64,000 nt of DNA from Octopus sinensis (lineage: Eukaryota). How positions within the stretch are numbered: position 1 is the stretch's first letter; each line of letters starts with the position of its first letter. The notes under the pieces were generated by a model that ran no database searches, was not told the DNA's origin, and saw only the letters and a list, made by a program, of their open reading frames with translations. Of this stretch, positions 12,181 to 24,795 are shown piece by piece. The translations under genes and the position numbers were made by a program. The DNA lies in NCBI RefSeq assembly GCF_006345805.1, contig NC_043006.1, forward strand, positions 1,860,001 to 1,924,000. The letters run 5' to 3'.

Positions 12181-13619
12181 ATGTGTACAGGACACCAAAA
12201 AGACGTCGAACACATAGAGAGACGAAACACATAGACACAAACCAAGGAACAAGACAAGCAAAAAAAAGGAGAGATACAGGACAATAAGCACAACGAAAAA
12301 TCCCCTTCTTCAGTCGCTAAGATTTCATCTACTAAACGTTTCGAAGGATAAAAGCAAGACGTATACTTCGAAGAAAAATTCCTATATATATATACACACA
12401 CACACACGTTATATGTAATTTATACTCACACACGCATATATTCATAAATGTGAACACAATCATAATCAGTATCATCGTTACACAATCTGTTTTGTCAAGT
12501 TCAACACCTTTTGCATGTGTGTGTGTGTGTGTGTATATTACTGTCAGTAATGCAGTTTTATTCATCGTCAAAACATTGCACCCTTACATCTGCACTACTG
12601 CATCCCATTTGAACATTCAGATCGGGTTACATCATGTACCAACAGGCAACTGGCAGTCGCTAATTATCTTAGAAGAATACTATCTGTCTACGCTTAGGTG
12701 CAGACATGATGCAACTAACGGTTGAGTGTTATTAGCTGATACTTAAGGGGCTCTAGTGAAACCTTCCCTGTGTAACTGCTAGCTAATTAACTGGCTCACA
12801 TGCAAACGACTTGGCTATTAATGGTGATGGAATGTATATATTAAATATCTGGTCCTGCTTTCTCCCATCCAACCCATGCCAACATGAAATTAGGAAGTAA
12901 AATGATGATTGGCCTAAACTTGCTCTTTAAGTCTAAAATAGAGCCATCAGTCTCTGATTGGCAGAGTTTCAGGTACCAACACAATACAGCTCCATCACCA
13001 CAAACATACTGCTTCCCCCCCCAACTCTTGTTTTTTTTTTTCTTTTCTATTAGTATTACAATAGCTTCTACTTCTACTAACTGGGTTGTCCCATCCATTT
13101 CACCACAATGTTTTTTCTTCAGCTCTTCACTTCAAGATGTCTAACCCTTTAGCATTTAAACCAGTCATATCCAGTCAAAATATTCTACCTTCTTTATGTT
13201 CAAACTGGCCAGATCCAGCCTCTTACATCTACCCTACAATGCCATTCTAAAAGTAAACAAATCACATCATTGAAATTACAAAGCTGCAAGAGAATGCATG
13301 ATTAATTCAAGACACTAGGAACGAATAGGTAAGCATTTGACAGAGAGAAGTCTGAATGCTAAAAGTCTAAACAGATTTATTGATCATCCTATCTCACCAG
13401 GTTTATACAAGTTGATGGACTCACTCCTGTCCCATGGTTAAGCCTTAAAGAAAATTTAAAAAATTACCTTTATTAACAAATGTCTTCTAATCAGTCTCAA
13501 AGCACCCCCCCCAAGCCCCATGGGGCTGCTTTTTGCTAAAAGAGACATTAACAATATCTTAGGCTTACACGGTGCTCCTATTTTGTATTGGGCTTTGTTA
13601 TCTGCAGCAAATATTTATA

Positions 13620-13987
13620 GGCGCAGGAGTGGCTGTGTGGTAAGTAGCTTGCTTACGAACCATATGGTTCTGGGTTCAGTCCCACTGCGTAGCACCTTGG
13701 GCAAGTGTCTTCTACTATAGCCTCGGGCCGACCAAAGCCTTGTGAGTGGATTTGGTAGACAGAAACTGAAAGAATATATGTATATGTATGTGTTTGTGCC
13801 CCAAACATCGCTTGACAACCGATGTTGGTGTGTTTACGTCCCCATAACTTAGCGGTTCGGCAAAAGAGACCGATAGAATAAGTACTTGGCTTACGAAGAA
13901 TAAGTCCTGGGGTCGATTTGATCCGACTAAAGGCAGTGCTCCAGCATGGTCACTGTCAAGTGACTGAAACAAGTAAAAGGGTAAAAG
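13620..13987 (+). mobile_element. tRNA-derived SINE family A, near full length
   Basis: A-box TGGCTGTGTGG, B-box GGTTCAGTCCC, ccttgggcaagt motif (resembles the start of the CORE domain), central (TA)/(TG) tract and gtaaaag-type tail. Confidence 0.8.
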
Positions 13988-16900
13988 TGTATGCTGATCT
14001 GTTGGATGGTTAAAGGGTCGTCAGAGGGTTTTGTGTTGGAGAAAGTCTGCCTCAATAAACTCCACGCAACCTATGCGAGGATGAGAGAAAATAGACATGA
14101 TGACAATGTACACACACACACACACACACACGCAAAGGCCTGCCACGTAGTTTCTGTTAGCTAAATTCACTCACAAGCCATTGGTTGACATGGGCCTACA
14201 GTAGAAGCCCGTTGCCACCCAGTGGGCCTGAAATTGAACCCTTGTGGCTACAAAGCAACCTTTTTCGTTATAAATCTTCCTCAAATCTGAGTCTAGAATT
14301 TTAAAGAAACAGAAAGAGACATTGGACATTGTAGTACAAGATACACTATCTCAAAAAAAAGACAAAAAAAGAACTGGCTATGTCATGGCTGGACTATCTT
14401 TGATCATAGATCTGATTTATCTGAGCTGATCACATGCTAACAACAACAACAGCCAGAAGAGCTAAAGTTTCTTTTTAACTATCATAACAGCACAAAGATC
14501 AACTACTTTTAATACTAATAATAAATAGTTGTAATTAGCTCACAATGGATGGTTCTGGATCTTCTTTTCTTGTTTTTGTTTTTTTGTTTTTTAATTTTAT
14601 TTCAAAACAGAACCTTAATTTTATCAGTTTCACATAAAGCCTAACAAAGAGTTTTTATAATTCCACCCATCCATTTTCTCTGCCCACTATTCTTGGGAGG
14701 GTCATGGGAGTAGGCTCCTCCTCCATTAGGGTCTTATCAGAAGCAACTGTCAATTACACTTCTTGTTAGGATTTCCAATGCAATCAACTGAGACTTTGGA
14801 CATTTTCCAACCATCCTCATTCCTTGTCTATCCTTACATCTGCTGGTTGACTCAGCAGGAAGAATCTGTCTTGTGACTCTTTCCTGCAACATTTTAATCA
14901 TGTCTGTAGTGCCAGGGCTGTAACCTGTCAATGCAGAGAAGTAGCGGGTTTGATCTGGAAAGACCTGTGCTATGCCCCCTGCCAAAAAGCGTTACTCCTG
15001 AAATCCTTTCGAAGAACCCCATTTTGGTCACTTGTATTTTTGTAATTAACCCTTTAGCATTCACAGTTTTCTGTTAAATATAATTCTTATTTAAACTCAT
15101 TGTTTTAAATTCAAGGTTTTAATCACATGATTGTTTATATTTATAATGACATAGTAGGGTAGGTGCAAGAGGCCCAATCTGGCCTATGAAACAGATAGAA
15201 TATTTGGATCGGATATGGCCAGTTTGAATGCTAAATTGTGGGCCTAAATGGTTGTGGATTAAATGCTAAAATCCCTAATGTAGAAAATTTTAGGTGCAAT
15301 AAATGACAATTTGTGACAGAAAATCAAAAATATATCTACTGACAAAGGACACCACCCAAGTGGCTATGTCAGCAATTACCATCATCCTGCATAGATATTT
15401 ATAAATATCTAATATTGTGTCTAGAAAAAATAGTTTTACAATAGCCTTGTTTCTTTGCTCACAGGAATTTCGCTTTTTTTTCTAATGGAATTCCTGCAAT
15501 GCCTCAATGATTCTCACCTCTGACTAGATAGTCACTTCATACGAGCGGTAGTGTATCAAATTGTACAGGGTGGGTCTTGATAATACTGGAAATTAATGGG
15601 TCATGTAGAACCCTCAAGTGTAGCTTGTAGCTGATAAGGGGTTCGTGAGAAACAGTTCAAAGATAGTCATGTAATCATCTTTAATAAGTAAAATCTGAAG
15701 AATTTGATTGCTGTTTAGTTTGGCAGAGAGGATACTGGGAGTGATTGTTATTATTATTATTATTATTATTATTGTCTGGGTGGCAAGCTGGCAGAATCGA
15801 TAGCATGCCGGGCAAAATGTTACATTCTGAGTTCAAATTTCACCAAGGTTGACTTTGCCTTTCATTCTTTTGGGGTCAATAAATTAAGTACCAGTGAAGT
15901 ACTAAGGTCAATGTAATTAATCAACTGGTCCCTCCCCCACAATTTCAGGCCTTGTGCCTATAGTAGAAAGGATTATTATTATTATTATTATATTATTCGT
16001 GAGGATGCATGGCCTAGGGTGTTGTACTCATGATCTCAAAATCATGGTTTCAATTCCTAGATTGGGTGGTGCAGTGTGTTTTCGAGCAACAGTGCACCTA
16101 TTCAGGCAATGCCGATGTGATGGAACAAAAGCTGAACGCTCATACGTTGTTTTCAATGGGAAAGTCCATCATCATCATCATCATCATCATCATTATTAGT
16201 GCTTTAAAATTCACAGAGTAATTCTTTGCCCTTCAATGCTTAGTGGCTCTTTTGTCCGTCTTTACATTCATCATCGTTGTCCTTTAAACCTTTGGTATTC
16301 AGATTTCTTTGTCAAATCTAATGCTTGTTTATTCCTTCTGTTCTGAATTAATCACAGATTATCTTGTAATTTCAAGATTTCTTTGGTGTGATTGTATATT
16401 TTTAGAATGGCATTGTAGGGTAGGTGTGAGATGTTGAATATGGTTAGTTTTAACATAAAGCAGATGGAACATTTGTGCTGGATATGGCCAAATTAAATGC
16501 TTGTTTTCCATGCTGGCATGGGTTCGAATTCCTCTGCGGTCAGCTTTGCCTTTCATCCTTTCACAGTTGATAAAATAAGTACCAGTTGAGCACTGGGGCC
16601 AATGTAATCAACTTACCCACCCCTCCCAAACTTGTGCCAAAATTTGAAACCTGTATTTTTTCCTTTCTACAAATCATTTGGCTTTTTGGAAATGAAGCTT
16701 TGATTTGAAATTTGTGTTGTTCAGTTTTTGTTAAGGTATGAATGTACAGTTCTTGTATAACACAGCTGATTTGTTGCTTGTCTGGTTTTCTTTTGTTCAT
16801 GTTTATCCCTTCAGTGTTTAAAGCAGCCAAATCCAGCCCAAATATGTTACATTGACATTCTGAAAAGTAAACGATCGCATCATCTAAACCTCAAAACTAT

Positions 16901-17364
16901 AAAAAAAAGTAATGAAAGAATTGCTTCAAAACAATTTGAGTAAAATAAACCCTTACATCATCATCATCGTTCGTTTAACGTCCGCTTTCCATGCTGGCAT
17001 GGGTTGGACGATTTTGACTGAGGGCTGGCGAACCAGATGGCTGCACCAGGCTCCAATCTGATCTGGCAGAGTTTCTGCAGCTGGATGCCCTTCCTAACGC
17101 CAATGCTAAGGGGTTAAGCAGCATGATTTTAATCACTTCAGTTTCTAGGTTTTTTTAATAAATGATTTAGCAAAACTGCAGTACCAGTAATTCTTATTCT
17201 CATCTATTCATAAAACGCATATGACATATGTACGTGTGTGCATTTGAGATGCGTAAAATGAGACTCCTGTTTCAATTGCACATTAAAAAAATAGGATCAC
17301 TCTACTCATAGTAAAACTTATCTTGGTTAATGACCTTTTCTGTTTAGATAAAATGTTATTATTA

Positions 17365-17906
17365 TTATTATTATTTATTCCCCTTCTAAACAAACATTTA
17401 TAAATGTGAGTGAATTAATGAAAGTGGTGTGCTGGCAGAATCGTTAGCAAGCCAGGTGCTATGCTTAGTGGTATTTTGTCTCTCTCTCTCTTCATGTTCT
17501 GAGTTCAAATTCTGCCAAGGTCAACTTTACCTTTCAGCTTTTCAGAGTCGATAAATTAAGTACCAGTGAAACACTGGGGTCGATGTAGTCGATTCATCCT
17601 CTACCCCAAAATGGCTGCTCTTCTGGCAAAATTTGAAACTATTATTATTATTATTTCTTCCTCCTCTAAACAAACAGTTAGAAATGTGAGTGAACTGATG
17701 AAGGTAGTGTGCTGGCAGAATCGTTAGCATGCCAGGCGCAATGCTTAGCAATATTTTGTCCATTCTGAGTTCAAATTCCGCCAAAGTTAACTTTGCCTTT
17801 CATCCTTTTGGGGTCAATAAAACAAGCACCAGTTGAGTATTAGGGTCAGTGTATTCAACTCATCCCCTCCCCCAGAGTTTCAGGCCTTGTGCCTATAGTA
17901 GAAAGG

Positions 17907-17939
<33 letters not shown>

Positions 17940-18220
17940 TTAAGGCAGCAAGCTGGCAGAATCGTTAGCACACCAGGCAAAATGCTTATCAGCATTTTGC
18001 CCATCTTTACGTTCTGAGTTCAAATTCTGCCAAAGTTGACTTTGCCTTTCATCCTTTCAGGGTTGATAAATTAGGTACCAGTGAAATGTAATCGACTAGA
18101 CCCCTTCCCCTAAATTTCAGTCTTTGTGCCTGTAGTAGAAAGGATTGTTATTATTTCTTCCTCTTCTAAACAAACAATTAGTAATATGAATGACTTGCTG
18201 AAGGCCGTGAGCTGGCAGTA
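17365..18220 (+). repeat. Head-to-tail array of old SINE B copies with a repeated ~45-nt leader
   Basis: Three complete units plus a fourth head, separated by (TTA)n. The leader containing tctaaacaaaca recurs at ~17375, ~17655 and ~18155. Confidence 0.75.
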
Positions 18221-18222
18221 GC

Positions 18223-18249
18223 GAAGAGCATAGGCTCGAAACGTAAAAC
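18223..18249 (+). ncRNA. 5'-truncated hammerhead motif of the same ~200-nt repeat (element ~18223-18345)
   Basis: GA-A-GAGC-atag-GCTC-GAAA-CGT-A-AAAC. CUG and the 5' stem I strand are replaced by a SINE B head. Confidence 0.5.
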
Positions 18250-18950
18250 ACTTTTCCATTTTTCCCAAGCCTTAAACTACTACACTTGCTTGTTGTTCCT
18301 ACACCTGCCTTTATCTTTTGTTTTCTGTAAATTTGAACTACACACACACACACACACAAACGCACATGTATCAGTGAGCTATTCCAGTATTCATATGCTA
18401 AATTTCATTATTTTTTTTTATCTTTGACTTGTTTTCACCCATTGGACTGTGGCCATGCTGGGGCACCACTTTAAGGGGTTTATTTAGTCAAACAAATCAA
18501 GCCTGGGACTTTAGTTTTTTTTTAAACCTGGTAGTTATTCTGTCAGTCTCTTTTGCCAAACTGTTAAGTTATGGAGACGTAAACAAACCAACACTGGTTG
18601 TCAAGTGGCTGGGGTGGGGGGGACAAAACACAAACACTGAGCGATATATATCTATGAATAAATATATAAGAGTATAAGAGATCAAAGTTAATTACAAATG
18701 CAGAAAGAATAAGTCTGCATTTGTAATTAGTTTTTCATCGTTAATAAAGTGAGGCTGAAACAACAGCCTTTTAAGTTTGCTGAAACAGAAGCAAATGTAA
18801 ACAAAATTTATATGTTTCAAATACAAACAAGACATACATATATTTTATGTGTATTTATTTCACATTAATACGATGACAGCAACAACATACATGATTGGAA
18901 TACTGGAATAAGAAGACAACACAGCTTGGATTTTTTCCCCCTACTTACTC

Positions 18951-18984
<34 letters not shown>

Positions 18985-19290
18985 AAAACATGCAATGCAG
19001 CTGTAAATTTATTGCTTATTAATTTCTAATTTGAAAAAAAACAAACTTCAAGAAATTAATTTTTCTTTTTAATTAGAGCAAATTGTTTTTCCTCCACCCC
19101 CTCCCCACCCAATTCTTAATCTCTCATGTTTACAGCATAAACATTTGACGACCGTTTGAAAAAATGAAAAGCGTAATAAACCAAGTTAGAGCAAGGTTTT
19201 TAAAACATCCACACTAAAACAAATACGTCCCTTCTTGTTTAGTAAGCTATTTCTACTGAAAATAATATTATTATTGCTGTTGTTACATAT

Positions 19291-19685
19291 TACTCTTTAC
19301 TCTTTTACTCTCTCTTTTACTTGTTTCAGTCATTTGACTGCGGCCATGCTGGAGCACCGCCTTTAGTCGAGTAAATCGACCCCGGGACTTATTCTTTGTA
19401 AGCCCAGTACTTATTTTATCGGTCTCTTTTGTCGAACCGCTAAGTGACAGGGATGTAAACACACCAGCATCGGTTGTCAAGCAATGCTGGGGGGACAAAC
19501 ACACATATATATATACATATATACGACAGGCTTCTTTCAGTTTCCGTCTACCAAATCCACTCACAAGGCTTTGGTCGGCCCGGGGCTATAGCAGAAGACA
19601 CTTGCCCAAGATGCCACGCAGTGGGACTGAACCCGGAACCATGTGGTTGATTAGCAAGCTACTTACCACACAGCCACTTCTGCGC
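19291..19685 (-). mobile_element. SINE family A, full length
   Basis: Reverse complement of the 13620-13987 element, with a (TACTCTTT)n tail at the left. Confidence 0.8.
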
Positions 19686-20019
19686 ATATTGTTCATATTA
19701 GAAATACATAAAGAATCATATCGTGAATGTATAGTTGTGTGTATGTGAAACAGAGGGGTGGAGGAGATGGAATTATTTTTTCAAAGACAAGAAACCAAAG
19801 TTTATGAATGAAATAGTGAAGCAAACGGATGAAAAAATATCACATTTTCCAGAATGCTGAGTTTCTTAGCTTCTTCTGGTTGGTGTTGTAGCAAGTTGAG
19901 AGTTCTCTCGAGCGGGTTGTTGGTCCTCTGCAGAATAGTCCGATGATGGGGCTACCATTTTGGCAACATCCTGGTGCACTGTGGGTGACTGTTAGTTTGG
20001 AATGTCCCCAAGGGAAATA

Positions 20020-20222
20020 CCACATTTTCCAGCATACAAGTTGAAATTTTCAGACCAAAATCTACAGCCCCAAAATACCTAGGCCATCTTATACACCAAG
20101 ATAACTTGGGAGAACCAAAAATTCTATGGGAAATGCACCAAGGTTTGGAAACACAGTGACAGTATTTGAACATTTAAATATTTACATTACAACTGCATTG
20201 ACTTGTATGCCGGAATATATGG
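20020..20222. mobile_element. Tc1/mariner (pogo/Tigger-like) MITE
   Basis: TA|ccacattttccagcatacaag ... cttgtatgccggaatatatgg|TA imperfect TIRs. A second copy lies at ~20927-21110. Confidence 0.6.
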
Positions 20223-21115
20223 TAGGTCAATAACAAAGTGCAGCAGTTTCAAGTAAGAGGGACACAGAGGGTTAGAATAGAAGAAACGGCCAGCATGTCC
20301 ATTCTTCTGTCTGTCTGTTTGTCAACATCTCACTTTATCTTTTCCATTTTCTAATGGCACGAAGGTCAACTTTGCCTTTCATCCTTTCGGAGTCAATATA
20401 TTAGGTACCAGTTGCGCACTCTGTCCTCCACAAAATTGCTGGCCTTGTACCAAAATTTGAAACCATTATTAATAGCGCTGTTATATCGCTGAACACTGGG
20501 TGTTTGTTTTGACTTCATGCCATACTCCTGTCAAGAAAATTACTTCCTCTCTCTAAACATTCCTTTACCTGTAGTTAGGCTTACGGGAGGGAGGGGGGGT
20601 TAAAAATAATCCAAGTTTTTTTGTTGATGTTGTTTTTATTCTTAGAATATGATGAAGACATTGCCAACAAGAGGTGTCAACTGTTTTGGTTAATTGCACA
20701 CCAAATATGGCACATTGTTTTATCTCTCTGTTTCATTCCTTCATTACTCCAAGAGAACTCATCAGCTTTTTCCCTCCTTGAAGATTGGAGTAATGGTGGC
20801 AGTGGCAGTTTAGCCCCAGGTTGACCTTCATTGAACAAACTTAGGATCAACAACGTTTTGGCTATGATCTTCCCTTGCTTTCTCACACACACACACACAC
20901 ACATATACATACATATGCACATCATACTACATTTTCCAGCCTATTTTTCTAGCCAAAATTTTGAGTGAAAATGGTTAGGTCAACTTATGCACCAAGACGA
21001 CTTTTGAGGGTCAAAAATTCCATGTCAGTGCAGCAGAATTTGGAATGATAATAACGATGTTTCAACTTTTACACTACATACTACATCAACTTGTATGCTA
21101 GAGTATACAGTCGTA

Positions 21116-21480
21116 TCTCTATATATATAAACGGCAAAATGTCTGTGTATGTGTGTGTGTGTGTGCGTGTCCTTTATACAAATCCACAATTTTTCAGTTA
21201 GAGGGCTCGCACTTTCTATGGTCATTCCAAACCGTCCAAGGGTGGTCGTGCACATCTTTACATTTCCCCAGTCACCCTGCAAAGCCATTAAAAAAATGAA
21301 TAGAAGTGACTTTTTTGTGAATTTTCTATCCAAAACCCAATCAAAATGCCCAAAACTTGATATGCCAATTGAATGCCAGCTAGCTGTATGTGATTGGTCG
21401 GAGATTTGGACAGTACTCGCGTATATGTGCACACGCATGCAGCTGAATATCCATGCAATATTTGCTTTGTATTTTAAGAC
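21116..21480 (+). mobile_element. Helitron-like non-autonomous element, 5' portion (tentative)
   Basis: A|TCTCTATATATATAAACGG...TGTCTGTG start typical of Helitron 5' ends. A similar 5' end is on the minus strand at ~29940-30179. Confidence 0.4.
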
Positions 21481-22319
21481 AGTGAGCTCTGTGCTAAGGA
21501 AGATTTAGCTGCTGTTGTTTCTAGCAAATTGAGCCATTGTGTATATGCTCCTTTGTAAACTGGATTATATGAACAATGCAGTGTTTCATGTGGTTTTTCT
21601 TAGAGATCTAAGGGGAGAGGCTCTTGTACCTGTCAAACGAGATAAGGAACTAGAATTTTCTACAAAAATTCTCTAAAGTTTGAATCTTCTGGAATCACCA
21701 ATTCCATATAAAATGGTGCCAGCAATTTTGAAGAGTGAGTGATATCTTTTATCTTTTACTCCATTCAGGTATTAAACTGTGACCATGCTGGGGCACCACC
21801 TTAAAGAATTCTTAATGAAATGACTCAACCCCAGTCCCTTATTTTTTGTTAAGTCTGGTACTTTTTCTATCGGACTCTTTTGCCAAACTGCCAAGTTACA
21901 GGGACGTAAACACTCCAACACCGGTTGTCAAGCAGTGATAGGGGACAAACACAGACATGAAGACACACACACACTCTCACACATATATGACAAGCTTCTT
22001 TCAGTTTCCATCTACCAAATCCACTCACAAGGCTTTGGTCAACTTGAGTTTGTAGTAGAAGAAGCCCAAAGTGCCACACAGTGAGACTGAACCCAGAACC
22101 ATGTGGTTGGGAAGCAAATTTCTTACCACACAGCCACACCTGCACCTATGCAGAATAATAAGAATGCTTCACCCGTCCTATCAACAATAAACAAGGAGCC
22201 ATAGATGCCACAATGGGATTTATAGAATGGCTGGGAAGAAGATAGATGATGGTCGGCTGGTAAGGAAGAGGGTCAGATGGTAAAGACGAGGTATAGGGAG
22301 TGATGGTATTGAGATATAA

Positions 22320-22551
22320 GGCGGCGAGCTGGCAGAGTGGTTAGCACGCCGGGCGAAATGCGAAGCTGTATTTCGTCTGCCGTTATGTTCTGAGTTCAAA
22401 TTCCGCCAAGGTTGATTTTGCCTTTTATCCTTTCGGGGTCGATAAATTAAGTACCAGTTACGTACTAGGGTCGATGTAATCGACTTAATCCATTTGTCTG
22501 TCCTTGTTTGTCCCCTTCTATGTTTAGCCCCTTGTGGGCAGTAAAGAAATA
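22320..22551 (+). mobile_element. SINE family B, young copy with 13-bp TSD
   Basis: TSD GGTATTGAGATAT at 22305-22317 and 22552-22564. A/B boxes are intact. Confidence 0.85.
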
Positions 22552-22564
22552 GGTATTGAGATAT

Positions 22565-23311
22565 GGAAAATGGTAGGATGGTGTAAGAAAGAGGTATGGG
22601 TGATGGTGGATGGTTTAAGATGTGTAGGCCGTGGCGGTAATGAGATATGGAAAATGGTATTGTCATAAGTAGAGGATGTATGATGTTAGTGGTGTGAAGG
22701 GTGGGTAGTAAGATGGTAGTGAGGTTTTTTAGGGTGGCGGTAGGGACACAGGGTGGTATGCAGGATGGTACGTGGGAGGTATAGAAGGTGATGGTGGAGG
22801 AGGGGGTCAGTAGATAGGACTATAGAGATAGAATGTTAAAGAGGGGCTGTGTGCAGTTACATGTCATCTGAATGGTTGAGACTTTTCTTGTGTATGATTT
22901 TGGTTCTGCTGTGCTCCCCACTGCAGTCAGATTGCATGGGTTCTATTATTAGACTTGAGTGTCTCCATAAGAAGGAGGAGGCGGGGAGGGTGGGAGGAGG
23001 AGGCAGAGAAGAAGAAAAAGAGGAACCAGCATTTTGGTCTTTTTTTTCTATCATGTGTGTGGAGTGTGGGTGGGGCCAGTAATAGGGACGGTGAAGGCGG
23101 GGAGGTTGTATGTGTGTGTGTGGGGGGGGGCGTGTTCTTGTCAGAAATTGGGGATAAAGGACTGAATTAGTGTTTTGTTGTCGATAGTTATTGTTGGATT
23201 ATATCAAATGTTAACCATGAACTTTTGTCTTGCTGGGCAGGGTGGGGCTGGGCAGGGAGTGGGGGAAGGAGATGACAGTGACAGAATTTCAGATCTCACT
23301 TTTCCCTCCTC

Positions 23312-23345
<34 letters not shown>
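22565..23345. repeat. G-rich low-complexity tract ((GGT)/(GGA) decay) ending in (CT)n
   Basis: Strong strand asymmetry and no credible ORF. Confidence 0.7.
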
Positions 23346-23350
<5 letters not shown>

Positions 23351-23436
23351 CTGTCAGTCTCTAATGTACCAACAATTTCCCTGAAGAATGAAAAAATTGT
23401 AACATTTTCGATTCCAAGTTGGAATGACTTCATTGA

Positions 23437-23798
23437 CTCTTTTACTTGCTTCAGTCATTTGACTATGGCCATGCTGGAGCACCACCTTTTAGTCGAGCAA
23501 ATCAACCCCAGGACTTATTCTTTGTAAGCCTAGTACTTATTCTATCGGTCTCTTTCGCTGAACCGCTAAGTTACAGAGACATAGACACACCAGCATCGGT
23601 TGTCAAGCGATGGTGGGAGGACAAACACAGACATATGACAGGCTTCTTTCTGCTTCCATCAACCAAATCCACTCACAAGGCTTTGGTCGGCCCGAGGCTA
23701 TAGTAGAAGACACTTGCCCAAGGTGCCATGCAGTGGAACTGAACCCGGAACCATGTGGTTGGTAAGCAATCTACTTAACACACAGCCACTCCTACGCC
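23437..23798 (-). mobile_element. SINE family A, full length
   Basis: Same motifs as 13620-13987, in reverse. Confidence 0.8.
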
Positions 23799-24097
23799 TT
23801 GAAAGACATTGCAGCAACTTCTCATATCCTCCCTCCTAACAATAAGACATTGTGTTTAACTGAAAGAGAATGTGTGTGTGTTATGAATTACAACAAACAG
23901 TAAAAGGTTGTCATTATGGTACTCGGAGTTTCGAATGCCAGAGCAAAGAGCTGATACATTCTCGTTGGCTATCAATGGCCATTAATATGCTTTGTGTTAT
24001 TTTGTCCGCCGCTGCGTTCTGAGTTCAAATTCCGCCGAGGTCGACTTTGCCTTTCATCCTTTCGGGGTCGATAAATTAAGTACCATTTTATTATATA

Positions 24098-24795
24098 TCA
24101 TCATCATCATCATTTTAATGTCTGCTTTCTATGCTAGCATGGGTTGGATGATTTGACTGAGGACTGGCAAACCAGATGGCTGCGCCAGGCTCCAATCTGA
24201 TCTGGCAGAGTTTCTACAGCTGGATGCCCTTCCTAATGCCAACCACCCCAAGAGTGTAGTGGGTGCTTTTTGTGCCACCGACATGAGGGCCAGTCTGGGT
24301 GGTACTGGCAATGGCCACACTCAAATGGTGTTTTTTATGTGCTACCTACACAGGAGCCAGTCCAGCAGCACTGACAACGACCTCGCTCAAATAGTTTTTC
24401 ACATGCCACCGGCACAAGTGCTAGTAAGGCGATGCTGGCAATGATCATGTTCGAATGGTGCTTTTTACATGCCACCAGCAGGGAAACCAGTCAGCTGCTC
24501 TGACAACGATCACACTCGGATGGTGCTCTTAACCCTCCACTAGCACGGATGCCAGTCATCCAATTTGCTTTTGATTTCACTTGCCTCAACAAGTCTTCGC
24601 AAGCAGAGTTTAGTGTCAATGAAGGAAAGGTATGCATAGGTGGGCTGGTTACACCCCTGGCATAGGCCATGTTTTATGATCTCATTTGGCTTGCCGGGTC
24701 TTCCCAGGCACAGCATATTTCCAAAGGTCTCGGTGACTAGTAATTGCCTCGGTGAGGCCTAATGTTCGAAGGTCGTGCTTCACCATCTCATCCCA
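24098..24795 (-). mobile_element. 5'-truncated RTE copy (~700 bp: ORF2 C-terminus plus 3' UTR)
   Basis: Reverse complement of ~5125-5900, including gcatatttccaaaggtctcgg...gttcgaaggtcgtgcttcacca. Confidence 0.85.

Noticed and set aside
11625-12407. ORFs rich in IY, ER, HT, CV or poly-H/D (here and throughout)
   Set aside because: They are translations of (TA)n, (GA)n, (CA)n and (CAT)n microsatellites or RTE tails.
13620-13700. tRNA-like sequences with A and B boxes
   Set aside because: They are SINE heads followed by SINE bodies, with no complete cloverleaf or acceptor stem.
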